A stretch of 62,930 nt of DNA, counting the filler, from Lenisia limosa (Eukaryota; Protista; Breviatea): the NCBI GenBank assembly GCA_001655205.1. It is 11 parts of 11 records of this genome, joined end to end, with 100 filler letters (N's around TTAATTAATTAA, not from the genome) between each part and the next. Parts side by side here need not be neighbours in the genome. Positions count along the whole stretch, not along the records: positions 1 to 15,301 come from LPNZ01008547.1; positions 15,402 to 21,207 come from LPNZ01008866.1; positions 21,308 to 28,182 come from LPNZ01008288.1; 8 more parts are not named here. The stretch is one strand, 5' to 3'. This document shows, piece by piece, positions 11,230 through 24,157 of this stretch. A program made the position numbers and the translations under genes. The first letter of the stretch is position 1. Each line of letters opens with the position of its first letter. The notes under the pieces were generated by a model, which did no database searches, was not told where the DNA came from, and saw only the letters and a program-made list of their open reading frames with translations.

Positions 11230-14200
11230 TTCAAGGTCTCAATAAGTTCGTAAAGGTGTCTGTCCACAATGGTATGCTTGGGGGAGGGTGGTTGGTGCTT
11301 GTGTGTGTATAGGCTTCACTTCGGTTCGAAAAAAGAAGACATTTCTTGATAAATCTTCGAAAATTATCGATATTTTCCCGGTATTTTTCGAACCGAAGCG
11401 AGACCCTAGGGTCTCTATATTTGGGTGTGTGTATGTGGGGAGAGCCAACAGAGTTGATTTTTTTGTTTCATTTTACACCCCCCCCCCCCCNNNNNNNNNN
11501 NNNNNNNNNNNNNNNNNNNNNNNNNNNNNNNNNNNNNNNNNNNNNNNNNNNNNNNNNNNNNNNNNNNNNNNNNNNNNNNNNNNNNNNNNNNNNNNNNNNN
11601 NNNNNNNNNNNNNNNNNNNNNNNNNNNNNNNNNNNNNCAAAATTTTCCAATTTTACCCGTCCCTCGCAGAAGAGCTGAAAGATGATTTCTTGACATCTGT
11701 CAACATCGTAATTACCTCGGGTGGGTGGGATATTTATGTTTTAAGAAATACTTTCATGTTATTGGGATACTTTCATGTCATTGGGATACTCCCATGTTAT
11801 TGGGATTTTTTAGGGGATTGTCATGGGGCTTCTGTCAAAAAAATATGAAATAATAAAAATTTGGGTAAAATTGTTGTAGGTTCAAAAAATATCATAAAAA
11901 CCACAAATACATGATTGTTTATATCAAAAAACGATCGTCTACTGGAGAGACGCCGTGCCCCAAGGAGATAGTATCCACTACATTATCTATTAAAAAAACA
12001 ACAATAAAAAAATATTTGCAGAATAAAAAATATGATGTTCATGATCTCTCTGCTAGAATCTGATGCTGAAACAGCACTTGGTTCTCAGGAAGTAGCCCAA
12101 TTTCCTTCGCTTTCTGGACAACAACATTGATATTTCCAAGTTTACTGAATCTACATTTCGTTTCGTTTGTAGCGTCATCATGGTATTGGGTAATTGCGTT
12201 GAATCCTCAGAGGATTATTTAAGGCTTGGCTTCTCCGCCATTTACATAAGTATTAACCTAGTGAATTCAGAGAGGAGAGAAGTGGAAAGACAAAAATATA
12301 TGTATGTATGTAGATCTGGGTTGAACTAGAGACAGAAACACCCATAGAAAACGACACAGTTAGATAAATCAGGGCTCAGCAACCGTTAGTCACCCGGAAC
12401 ATAAGCTTTTGTCTATTGGACTGTTTGTTTTATTATCTTTGACATGCGGTAGAAATGGACCCCTCTGAGCTGCTGAAGTTGTCGAAAACTCTGAGGAAAG
12501 TTCAGGCAGAAACAAAGGTCGGTAGTACGGGCTTTTTTTGTGGATAGATTTATTATTCACCCTGCATGCATACCTTTTCCCCTTTTCATTTCCACACATA
12601 TAAAACTATGTTCATTTCCACACATATAAAACTATGTTCACACTCCTGCATTTTCTCATTTCTACAATTATGATGTTATTCTGTGCTAGTACAGACAAAA
12701 TTCACAATTACAGTCAAAAAAATATTGCGTACAGATACTCTCATTTCTGATAATACGCACAAATAAGTGATATTTCACAATGGCAGACCAACATTGCGTC
12801 ATATCACTTGTACGCTTTTGGCGCTGCTGTTATCGCCCTCACCGACATGAACAAACATGAGTATTTAGTGTATGTGGTGACTATTTAGTGTTGGGGGGCA
12901 CAATAAGATGAGTAATTGGGGGAGTATTTGGATTTGTGGGTGTGANNNNNNNNNNNNNNNNNNNNNNNNNNNNNNNNNNNNNNNNNNNNNNNNNNNNNNN
13001 NNNNNNNNNNNNNNNNNNNNNNNNNNNNNNNNNNNNNNNNNNNNNNNNNNNNNNNNNNNNNNNNNNNNNNNNNNNNNAGTGTTGATTTGGGCTTTTTTAT
13101 TTCATAAATTTTCCAATTTTCCCTCTCAGTTGTTGTAACCTCCCTCTCCCTATTTCCAATACTATAGCAAAACCCCGGCTCTGGAGTTGACCCATGCCGT
13201 ATCGCGCGAGAAAAGGCGCCAACTGGAGGAGGCTGCAAAATATGACAATATCTATAAGGTGGGTTTTTTTTTTGAAACAAGTGACATAACTATATTACAT
13301 TAGTAATCTTGGGAAACAAATTAATACATTGGAATACCATAAACCAATTAGCATACTTCCGCCCCACGCTCCTCGGGGTCTATACGTGGGGGGTGGGGTA
13401 CATATAGTGACCGGGATAAGTCTTGACCGATTTGTAATGTGATTTCCCAAGGAAATCCAGGCAAGATTTATCCCGGTCACTTCTGATATGATCCGCCCCC
13501 TTCTTCACACCCCCTCTTTCAGTTACCTCCCCTACAACAGAATTTATTTTGGGCGNNNNNNNNNNNNNNNNNNNNNNNNNNNNNNNNNNNNNNNNNNNNN
13601 NNNNNNNNNNNNNNNNNNNNNNNNNNNNNNNNNNNNNNNNNNNNNNNNNNNNNNNNNNNNNNNNNNNNNNNNNNNNNNNNNNNNNNNNNNTATGAATAAA
13701 AAATCCATTCTGATAGATTATTCGGTTCATGACTGGTACCTTTACGACGACAATATTCTTCATTGAAATTTTCTTCGTTTTACATCCCTCCAGCTAAACC
13801 ACCCCGAAGTCAGCTCAATTCTCTCGCAGTCTTCTGATGATGCCCATTGTCCTGTTTTTGTACACGCGTCCATTGGTTCGAGTGGAGATGTTGGTTTATG
13901 ATAAAACTGTGGACGATATAAAACTCAATTATTTGAGAATATCAGTAAATGGCCATTGGTATGGGTGGAGACTTTGGTAGAGCCTCACTTTCGGTTCCCA
14001 AACACCTGTAAAATATTGATATTTATCGAGGATTTACCGAAAGTGAAGCTCTATTATTAGAGCTTACTTCGGTTCGAAAAAAGTCTTAATTTTTCGATAA
14101 TCTTAAATTATCGATATTTTACTGGTATTGTTTGAACCGAAGTGAAGCCCTTGTACTGTATGATATTAGGGTGGGGGGGTATACGACAGATATATAGTGA

Positions 14201-14460
14201 CCGATAATCTTGACCGATTTTCCTTGGGAAATCATGGAGTACATCGGTCAACACTTATCCCTGTCACGTTTCAGAAGTTTTCCAATTTTACCCCCCCCCC
14301 CCCCCNNNNNNNNNNNNNNNNNNNNNNNNNNNNNNNNNNNNNNNNNNNNNNNNNTCCCCTGTTCACGGGGACTTTCCCATAGGTGGGTGTTAGGGGAAGG
14401 TTATTGCTTATTTGTTGGATTTAAGGGACTTCTTTCCTGAAAGTGAGATGATCTGGTATT
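11230..14460 (+). CDS. Unknown multi-exon gene (partial)
   Basis: AG/GT-bounded exons such as EELKDDFLTSVNIVITS (11670-), EMDPSELLKLSKTLRKVQAETK (~12452-), TNIASYHLYAFGAAVIALTDMNKHE (~12785-), SKTPALELTHAVSREKRRQLEEAAKYDNIYK (~13169-) and LNHPEVSSILSQSSDDAHCPVFVH (13794-). Confidence 0.55.
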
Positions 14461-14529
14461 AAGGGGCGATAGATGAGGGACTATCAAGGATGGGAGATAT
14501 TCATAGTGTGTTTACCGGCAGCTGATAAT

Positions 14530-14918
14530 TCAGCTAAAAAAACCCCTCAACCTGAATTATAATTCAGATAAAAAAACCCCTCAACCTGAATTATAATTCA
14601 GATAAAAAAACCCGTCAACCTGAATTATAATTCAGATAAAAAAAACCCTCAACCTGAATTATAATTCAGATAAAAAAACCCCTCAACCTGAATTATAATT
14701 CAGATAAAAAAACCCCTCAACCTGAATTATAATTCAGATAAAAAAAACCCCTCAACCTGAATTATAATTCAGATAAAAAAACCCCTCAACCTGAATTATA
14801 ATTCAGATAAAAAAACCCCTCAACCTGAATTATAATTCAGATAAAAAAACCCCTCAACCTAAATTATAATTCAGATAAAAAAACCCCTCAACCTGAATTA
14901 TAATTCAGATAAAAAAAA
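14530..14918. repeat. 34-bp minisatellite, ~11.5 copies, with a 16-bp palindrome in each unit
   Basis: Unit TCAGATAAAAAAACCCCTCAACCTGAATTATAAT; CTGAATTATAATTCAG is a perfect palindrome; no spacers. Confidence 0.95.
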
Positions 14919-15301
14919 TTTGAGAGTTGGGAGGGGGTGGTGGATTCTGTCGAAGTGGTATTAGTATTCTTATAAGCGTGATGGTGTGGATGAATTCCTG
15001 GGGAGGCACGCAGAAAGCTGTGTGCACAGAGTTGTAAGGCAAATGGTTGGTGAATTAATTTAATCCAATATCTCTAATAAGCGTGATGGTGTGGACGACT
15101 TCGGCCAGATACATCCTTATGTTTTATTTCTCATTGCTATATGTATATTTGATTATACTCGTGTGAAAATTGTTATAATCCCTACATTGTATTTGCATAT
15201 CTGTAGAGTCCAGAAATGTGATATTTTTTGGAAATGTGATATTTTTCAAAAAAATGAAAAGTGTTCAGAACTGCTCAAAAATCATTTTTGCAATTTTTCA
15301 A

Positions 15302-15401
15302 NNNNNNNNNNNNNNNNNNNNNNNNNNNNNNNNNNNNNNNNNNNNTTAATTAATTAANNNNNNNNNNNNNNNNNNNNNNNNNNNNNNNNNNNNNNNNNNN
15401 N
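15302..15401. other. Artificial scaffold linker (first of 10)
   Basis: 44 N + TTAATTAATTAA + 44 N. The 12-mer also occurs at 21252, 28227, 31668, 34625, 40006, 45925, 52299, 56304 and 61392. Confidence 0.98.
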
Positions 15402-15519
15402 ATTGCTATTTCTGTGTGATAATGAGTCATCATAAAGCATCTCTCCTTGGGTAACTCAACTCCTCCTCACGACATTGAACTAGCAATTACAATAGCGCGA
15501 TACCACGCCTTGTAACGCT

Positions 15520-18295
15520 TCAGATGGTCACCCCAATGAAGACTTGGATGGCGACAATGACGACGCTATGGATAATGGTGGGGTGAATTCATATTGCGTC
15601 GAATCTCATCATTGGACTCAGAAAATAATTCCTGTTTAAACAATTATTCTCCAGGGAAGGTACCAAACCCTCGTCCTCCAAACGAGAACGATGATAATGG
15701 AGAAGGTATTGTTGAATCTAGATCAGCTTTGTATTATTTATTTTTAGAGTTATCATTTTCTACAATACACGATATGCATGCGATGGATGATTCAAAATTT
15801 GCAATGTTTCAATTTAATATGATTAATGATGTACACACACACACACACAGATAATCATTGATAATTACCGGTTACGGGAACTTACAAAAATGGGTAACTT
15901 AGTTTTCTGTTTTATTACTGGTATAGATAAAGCTGATGATGGCGAAGAGGATGAAGAGGATGATTCTCCGGTTGAAGGTTTGCCAATTGTAAAAAAGAAC
16001 CATCTTCATTCACTCCATTTTTGACGCAAATAGATGGCCCTGTTGCTGCAGCTGAGACGCTGATTGAGAAAGTTCGACGACGTTTGTCCTTCTGGTTTTG
16101 GATGTAAACTCATTTTTAGTGTTAGAAGAAGCTAGAAAAGAAGAGGATGTAGAGAAGAGAGTAAAAATGCTGAAGACCACTTGTGAGCTCGCCTCTGGTA
16201 TAGTCGGCTTTCGGAACATGGTAATTCGCCGCGAAGACGCATGCCAAATGAGAGAAGCCGACAATGTTGACCAGGATTTCTCTTTTGAAAACCATGCGTT
16301 GTCGGTCCGTATCTCACTTGCCAAGCGTCCCTTCAAAGGCTATCATGTGAAGAAACCGATGAAGCCCTCGCGGGTCAACACTCAGCTCAAGCAAAGAAAG
16401 GTCAGGAAAAGATTATTGAATCATTGTTGAGGTATATTTTTGTAAATCTTGCTAGATTCTCAAGTTTCTACGAACCACTTCGTTGATAGGGAAAAAGATT
16501 TTCTGTCGTGCAGCCGAGATGGCATATGTAGGACACGATTTATAACAGAAACGCGACATTACGCCTACCACCTGTGAGTAGCCCTCACTCTGTTTAGACT
16601 CAAACCGAACTGGAGGAACACCTGACTGCTCTCTACAATGTTGATCCATTACCTGATGGACTTGATGGCCTCTTGCCATCTAACGTCCCGACGGACTGTG
16701 TTTTCACACCTTTCCTACAGACTTTCGTAAGTTGGTGAATACCTGTTAAAACTTTATTATATTTTCATGGTAATTTCCTTAATATTGGTGACATTATTTA
16801 CCACCAATGTGTTACTGTGGCGTTGGTGCATGTCAGTTTTACAAGAGCTAATTTGTTTTCAGAAGCTCAAATACACTGCCCACGAAACTGTCCCACTGTC
16901 CTTCTGGTCTTCATTCTTGCCACTTTGCAAAGAGGACATGGACAGGGCTATTCTCTACCCGACTAAAGGGAATCCTGCACGCTACCAAGTAAGTTGTTGT
17001 TGGTCTTCTTTTGTGTTTTTGTTTTGATTTTTGTTTTTTAACAAAAAAGGACAGCCAAGTGATGCAAAAAATGGGTTACCGCAGCGATCTTCTCATTCCA
17101 AGGCCATCCCCTCCAGAACTGGAGTTCATAAGGGAGGGCGACCTCTTCTACTCCCCTCACCAAAAGGTATCCTTCCCATTCACGAGTTCCTCGCTGTTGC
17201 CCGTCTACCGCTTAGTCAACTGGTTTGTCTATGGCGGCGCTGATCACGACCTGGCTCTTGTTGTCCATGTCGGGCTCAAAAATGCTGATGGGTAGGTGTA
17301 TGCTTTTAGCTAGTTGAATGATGTTTGTATTATCCTATGCTGAGATCTTTCTTCTTCCCGTTAATTCAGCAGCGAGTATCAAATGCTGGTGGATGAGGCT
17401 GGAAGGTTTATTGAGACCACCTTAAGATCTTGTATGAATTCCACTTATTCCAATATTTGATACAGAATCCTTTTCCTATTCACCATATATGCTGCTTCAT
17501 ATATTTCAGCAACAATGGCCGCTTTCCTCAGTACAGTCGTTGTGCTTCGCCGCCAAAGAGGACTACTGTTTGCCTACAAGAAGTTTGAGATCTCCTTAAG
17601 TCGGCATGTCCTTGTAACCTCTCTCTCCACGGCAGCTACCGTTCATATCAGCCTCAGCCCACCTAGTGGCTTCCCCCCACTCCACCTCTCATGGGAATCT
17701 TGTCTTCCTTCTGGTATGATGACTTGTTTTCAGAACATTTTTATTGTCCAGGACCTCTCCCTTCAGCAGTCAACACCAACAAGTGGATGCAACTCGGCGA
17801 CGATCCTCTGTTTTACGTTCTGTTCGTACTAAATGAGGAGAGTCTCATTCACTGCTCCAGGCTATCAGTCAGTATGTGGTGAACAACAACCTTTATTTTA
17901 CAACCACAATAAAGTGTCCACCAAAATATGACATCCATTACAGAACTTCCGAGCATGGTACACCCCATTGGCTTTGCTGCCGATGACACGGGCATCTCGA
18001 AAAAGGTGGGCACTCGCTTCTGAAAAAACTCATTTTGCTTGACTCATTTTTACAGTCATGGCTGCATCATACAGTGGTCCGTTCTCTTTGGTTCCCGGGT
18101 GATTTCTCCCCGCATAGCGCCAGAAAGTTCAACCTCGTGACCGCCTCGGATGACTTCGCTGCCCACAACAGATGCCTGGCTAGCCTTCTCAACGAAGTGG
18201 GTCATTGGAATTGCTCCGATTTAAGCTGACTATTTAGGGTGAGCTTCCAACAAAGGTACTCTGGGCCAAAGGCGGCGTCATTCAGGTTATGGTAA
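15520..18295 (+). pseudogene. Spliced gene or remnant, possibly a P-element-like DDE transposase
   Basis: Acidic N-terminal exons, a basic segment, then CLPTRSLR, HPIGFAADDTGISKK, FTVMAASYSGPFSLVP and FNLVTASDDFAAHNRCLASLL, in the order of P/THAP9 core motifs. Some frames do not join cleanly and no C-terminus is seen. Confidence 0.35.
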
Positions 18296-19243
18296 GCTGT
18301 TGGCTGTTAAGGTAGATATTTGGAGATATCACTATATCATTGTCGTGATTATGTGTTTTTTTTTGGTGGTGTTAATTAATAATAGTAGTATTATTAGTAT
18401 GATATCCTTTTATCATATCATGTGATACAACATGATGTAGTATATAATTATTTTCTCCTTTCCCCTTTACCTTCTTTCTACCTTCTTCACTGTTGTTTTT
18501 GGGAACTGATAATCTCTTTTGTGGAGATTTGACAAAGCCCCAGCTCAGTTCTCTTTCGATTCCCCAAAAAAAAGCCCTAGGTTCTATTTGTCAGTGTTTT
18601 CAACTTGACACACTGAAAACAACAAAACGGTGACCCGCAGAAATATCACTTTTATGTTCTTAAGTTTCCGGTTCATTTTCCCGTTAGATAGATTTCCGGT
18701 GATTTCCGGTGGTCACTTGATCTCACAGATTGGTGAAACTCGCTGTAATTTCGCCGGAAGTAGGATGAATTTTAAATTAACTTTTTGTATTCCACCGGAA
18801 GTATGAAATCGGTGGGTATTAATCTACTAGTGATTTGGTTGAAGTTGCAATTCATAATGTTGTATTTTTACATCTACTCCTGGGTCTGTCATTTTCCCGG
18901 GAGAAATTCAGTCTTTTTATGAAATGGCGTGTTGACCAACACAAACAAGCAGCGGGAGTATTTGCTCATGCATGGATATTAATTAATGATAACAGCAGTG
19001 AATAAGCCGACCTCAAATACCAGTGCAGTATTTATGTTTTTCAGATTAAAATGTGGTAGTGCTGTTGAAGGAAGTTAAATATCTAAGGTTGGCTTGCAAG
19101 TATATTTAAGTGAACAAATGTAAATCAAAAAAGATATTGGGTCAAATTCAATAAGAGTTTTTAATGATTGTTATTTGAATTCAATATAACCATAAGCAAA
19201 CGATTAGTATTTCCCATATTTGCAAGCATTGAAGTCATATAAA

Positions 19244-19342
19244 TAGGGCTTCACTTCGGTTCGAAAAAGACCGGTTAAATATCGATAGTTTTCGAGGGTT
19301 TATCGAAAAATTCAGTCTTTTTCGAACCGAAGTGAAAACCTA
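19244..19342. mobile_element. MITE family A with perfect 8-bp TSD
   Basis: CATATAAA at both 19236-19243 and 19343-19350. Confidence 0.95.
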
Positions 19343-19419
19343 CATATAAAGCACCCCTTACAATATCAGCTCCAATACCACCCCCACCACATAGAGACAT
19401 TTATTCCACTCTGGACCCC

Positions 19420-21180
19420 CCAAAATCTCTCCCTGAGTTCCGCATCGCTCGGAGCCCCAAGGTGCATCTATTCACATGCATATTTCAACAACAACAACAC
19501 CCCCCTCCCTACATATCAGCACCCTGCGCATCTCCCTGGTATATTTTGCGGTTATCATGACCTCTCCAATAGGACCCCAGGAAGGGGAAGTGCCATGGCT
19601 GGCCGGCAATTTGATCCGGGTCTGAGGGGGGGGGGGGGNNNNNNNNNNNNNNNNNNNNNNNNNNNNNNNNNNNNNNNNNNNNNNNNNNNNNNNNNNNNNN
19701 NNNNNNNNNNNNNNNNNNNNNNNNNNNNNNNNNNNNCAACGAAAACAAAAAAAGCCCGAAATAATCTCTGTTGCTCAATATTATAATCAGTGAGTATAAC
19801 TTGAGGGTGGTGACCGTAGGGAAACCCTAGAAATAATTGAAAAAAAGTATGATACTTGAACACCGAGCAACATAGAATATAACTTTATGTTCCAAGCGTC
19901 ATACAAAAAAATATCGATATTTATCGTGGATTTATCGAGAATTCAGTAGGTTATAGACCATTGAAAGTGCAGCTCTAGCTATTACAAATATCTGGACCAA
20001 TTAGCTATGAAGAAAATCGGTCAAGATGTGTCCCGGTCACAAAATCGGGTTAAAGTCCTCCTCATGACTATCATCTTCCCCTACCTGATACACACTGGCC
20101 GAAGTACCATGACGCAAGGAAGTAAATAAAACACACAGGAAGAGCACCTCTGGAATTAGGTAAGATTGATAAACAGGCCAAAGCCGTCCACACCATCATC
20201 TTGGGGTGGCCACGCCAAGAGATTGTACAGAGTACTATAATACTGTTGGGATACATATCACACTATTCACCTAATAATTACCATATGGATGATAAAGAAA
20301 CGACAACTAATGATCAATAAATATCTTGAAATATTCGTATTATCATAATTATTATAATTACAACCTTTCTGATAATTATAATTCACACTAGAATCTTCTT
20401 TTCAAATTAGTTATCGTCAGACTTCCCCCGTTCCTCTTACACAAATACGTCGACCACAGAGTAATATTCCTAAATAAGTTAGACAATAAAGGAGTGGAAA
20501 GAACAAAATACAACAAACATACCCTCCAACACACACTTACGCTCCAGCAGACTCCCCCTTCCACCTTATCCACAACATTCACCCACTCACCCACACATAC
20601 AGGAAGTATAACAATTTATTTATATCCCTATGCATAGACTATCTGTTTTCTAATGTTTATTATTTCTCTTGTTCAAAATCAATCAGAACCACTCCACCAT
20701 AAACATATACCACACCATCACCTTAGTACCACCCGCAGAGACCCGGGTAGAGAAGTTACTCAGCTCAAATGGAGGAGGGTCATCTAGTAACGTTAGAAGA
20801 ATCATCAGCGTTCTTGTAGCTTATTGTGTTACTTATACCTTGGCCTTTCCTACAGTCTTGAAACTATACGTAAAATATCGATATTTATCGAGGATTTATC
20901 AAGAAATTATGTTTTTCTTTTTGGGTACTGCAAGTCAACGTTTCGAAAACTATCGATATTCGAAGCCCTTACAACAAGAGATAATAATTAGAGCTTCACT
21001 TTCGATTCCAAAAGACTGACAAAATATCGATATTGATCGAGGATTTATTGACGATTTATCGAGAGTGATTGAGTATTCAGTCTTTGTTGAAACCGAAAGT
21101 GAAGCTCTAATAATAGCCCACAAGATCTGACAATATCCTGCGGTTTCGGCCCGGCCAGACGGCACCAAGCGGAAAAAAGC
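19420..21180 (-). CDS. Unknown multi-exon gene fragment
   Basis: Exon DPDQIAGQPWHFPFLGSYWRGHDNRKIYQGDAQGAD follows a poly-C+CAG acceptor and joins in phase to ICTLGLRAMRNSGRDFG. Further candidate exons lie near 20720-20800 and 21120-21180. Confidence 0.45.
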
Positions 21181-24157
21181 GACTCAATACTGGGGGGGGG
21201 GGGGGGGNNNNNNNNNNNNNNNNNNNNNNNNNNNNNNNNNNNNNNNNNNNNTTAATTAATTAANNNNNNNNNNNNNNNNNNNNNNNNNNNNNNNNNNNNN
21301 NNNNNNNTGTGACTATTCTAAACCATACTGATGCTGAGCAAAAAAGTTGTAATGGTACAAAAAAAGGGTTGGCTGGGCAAACACAAAGCGGGGATAAAAA
21401 AATGTATAATATAGGATAAATGTAAGAAATGAGAAATAAAACAGGGTGGAATAGTCCACACCATCACACTTATTTGCCATATTGGATTGTAACTATTGGT
21501 AACCCACTATTGGGAACCCACCGGAACAAGTAGACGGAGGGGACGACTTAATGACTTTTCGCATGACCTTCATACAAAGGGGAAATTGGCAGTCTGGGGT
21601 TTGAGAACGAAATTATCAGAATTTGTTTTTATGGTATCCCTATGTATTTTTTATTTCGAAGACTATATTAATATTACTTCTTGTCCAAAAAAAGGGGAAA
21701 TATACTCTAGCAATGAGGGCTTCACTTCGGTTCAAAAAAAGACGGAATTTCCCGATAAATCCTCGAAAACTGTCGATATTTTACCGGTTTTTTTCGAACC
21801 GAAGTGAAGCCATATATATACCCCCTCTCCCCCCACCTTTTGTCATACTGTCAATCCGAAGGGAAGAGTTCTTGGCTTTGAAGTGAAGGTAAAACACACC
21901 CGCTGTTTTGGAGAAGCTCCTTCGACTTTTTGTCCTAAGAAATGTGACGTTTCTTTCAAAATTGGAGGTGGCGCATATTATAACTGGAGCTCCAGTTCAG
22001 ACCCTTTAGTTTTGTTTTCAATTTCGTCAATAATAATAATTACATGGAGTCGGTGTTATCATTTTTTGTTTTGTGCTGTTCTCAACGTTTTGCTAAAGAT
22101 TTCCACATAATTACATGGGATTCCTCTGTAAATATTGGGAATTCCAGCTTGTTCAAAGAATCCCAAGTCAAGTATTGTAGTGTCAGGCCTTATTTGGGAA
22201 TCTACAAGTAGAGTCTTTTATTTCGTCTTCTAAAAATATCCCACTCACAGGGGACCCGTGCCAAAAGACAAGTTCTGCAGGAGAAGGGTATTTGAGAGCT
22301 GAAAGGTCAGTGCATATTCAGCTATCATATGATATATATATCAGATGAGAGATGAGAAGTAAAACAAGGTTGTATTTGGCCGAAGCTGTCCAAACCATCA
22401 TAGAGGATTAGCATATAATATTAATTCATCCATAGCATAACACAAACCTAGTCCAAGTTGCCCCCTCACTTACTAAGACCTGTGGTCCAAACAAATCAAT
22501 AAAAATATCGATATTTATCAAGAAGTTATCGAGAAATTCAGTCTTTTTTTTGTGATCGGTTATTACCTCCCCCCTTTATAGTAGGTTTAATACCCCCAAA
22601 CACCTCGCTATTGACAGCACATTTATTCAGGGTACAGAGCTGCTCAATCAAGCGGAAGTGTGCCTTTTTAGACGCATATTCCTAAGTTCATTTAGTGATG
22701 GTTTGGATTTATTTTAAAAAAAGAGAGTGAAATTTTTCATAAAAAGAGTTATTGTCAAATGCGTTAACTCGTTTTCCACACTCAATAAAACTCGAACATA
22801 TTCAGGATCTGAACCCTAGTGCTATCTCTGCTCATCATTTCGCTTCAAAAGTCGTAAAAATGATCATAATACTGGTTGGGGGATATGAATCACCATTCCA
22901 GATACCCAGTGTCACTTTCGATTGTAAAAAAAAACATGTATTTTTGAGAAATATTTTCAAGATTTAGTCTTTTCTTTGAACCAGAAGTGACAATCCCTTT
23001 ACACCAACCTTTTGAGTCCGAGAATTCAGCCTAAAATAGTTAGAGAATGAAAACACAATGTTGAAGATTGAATTTCAATCTTTTTTCAATGACAAAATAC
23101 TCGAATTTGAAGAGATTTGCCAATTCCTATTTGCCCCAACTATGAATATTACTGCGGTTTCTGTTCGAATATTGTTCCTTTTACACTTTCAACCAGAGTT
23201 TATGATGTTGTCACTTTGACCAGAATTAAAAAAGAGCTTAAATTTGGGACCCTGAAAATGTTCTCTTGAGTGGAGACAATTTATGCTTCTAAGAAGATGA
23301 TATACGTGATTTAGATTATTGATCAACCAAGAGAGCTCTCTCAACCCCCTCTCCTGATGTTTAATCCTAGTTCATTCATGGAATGCAATATGATGATTAC
23401 GGAGACTGCCCTGTCTAGCATTGGAATACCTCTCAAATAAACACATTATTGCCGTCTGAATCACTAAAAGAAGGCCAAAAGAACAATAGAATGCACTGCT
23501 CACCTCGAGCGGAAGTAGCTGATCTTGTGGTTCTTGTCACCAAGATAGACTTGGTCATCGTGCCACTCTTTGTCTTCTTGTTCTTCTTCTTCCATTCTCC
23601 TTCTTAAACTAAAAACTACGTCACTATGGCAATCAAAAAACACGTTGAGAGAAGGAAGAGGGTGGAGACAAGGTGGAGAAAGAAAATTTCGGACGGGCTG
23701 TGGGCGTTCCCCGAGCCGGGCCCTTCTTGGAAGGACCGTGGGTCCATTCCAACTTACTGGATTGGACCGGGGAACGCCAATCTTAAGCTTTCTTCTTGCT
23801 ATTGAATGTATCAATGACTCAATGACTTGCATTTTTCCATTTTTCATTAGTTTTTCATTGCCTTCAGCAGCCTTCAATGAAGGAAGAACCTCATTTTCAT
23901 GTTTTCATGGGACCCAAGTCCGCTTAGAGTCTTTGGATGAACAATCTTGTGTAATTGTAAGAAACAAAAAACAACGTATCTATTCTAGGGATAAATAAAC
24001 TTGTATATATTTTATAACCCTAGTTCCAGTGTGATTGCTTCGTGACCAACCCCATACAGCTTCGGAGAATAACAACCCTGAACTTTGGGGTATAATAAAA
24101 TTATAACCGCCAACGTTATAACATTTATAACAATGTATACAAACGATACTAAAACTA

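Noticed and set aside
14530-14918. CRISPR array
   Set aside because: The units are contiguous with no unique spacers, there are no cas genes, and the context is eukaryotic.
15346-15357. TTAATTAATTAA as a biological motif
   Set aside because: It always sits centred in 44+44 N and is a standard six-frame-stop concatenation linker.
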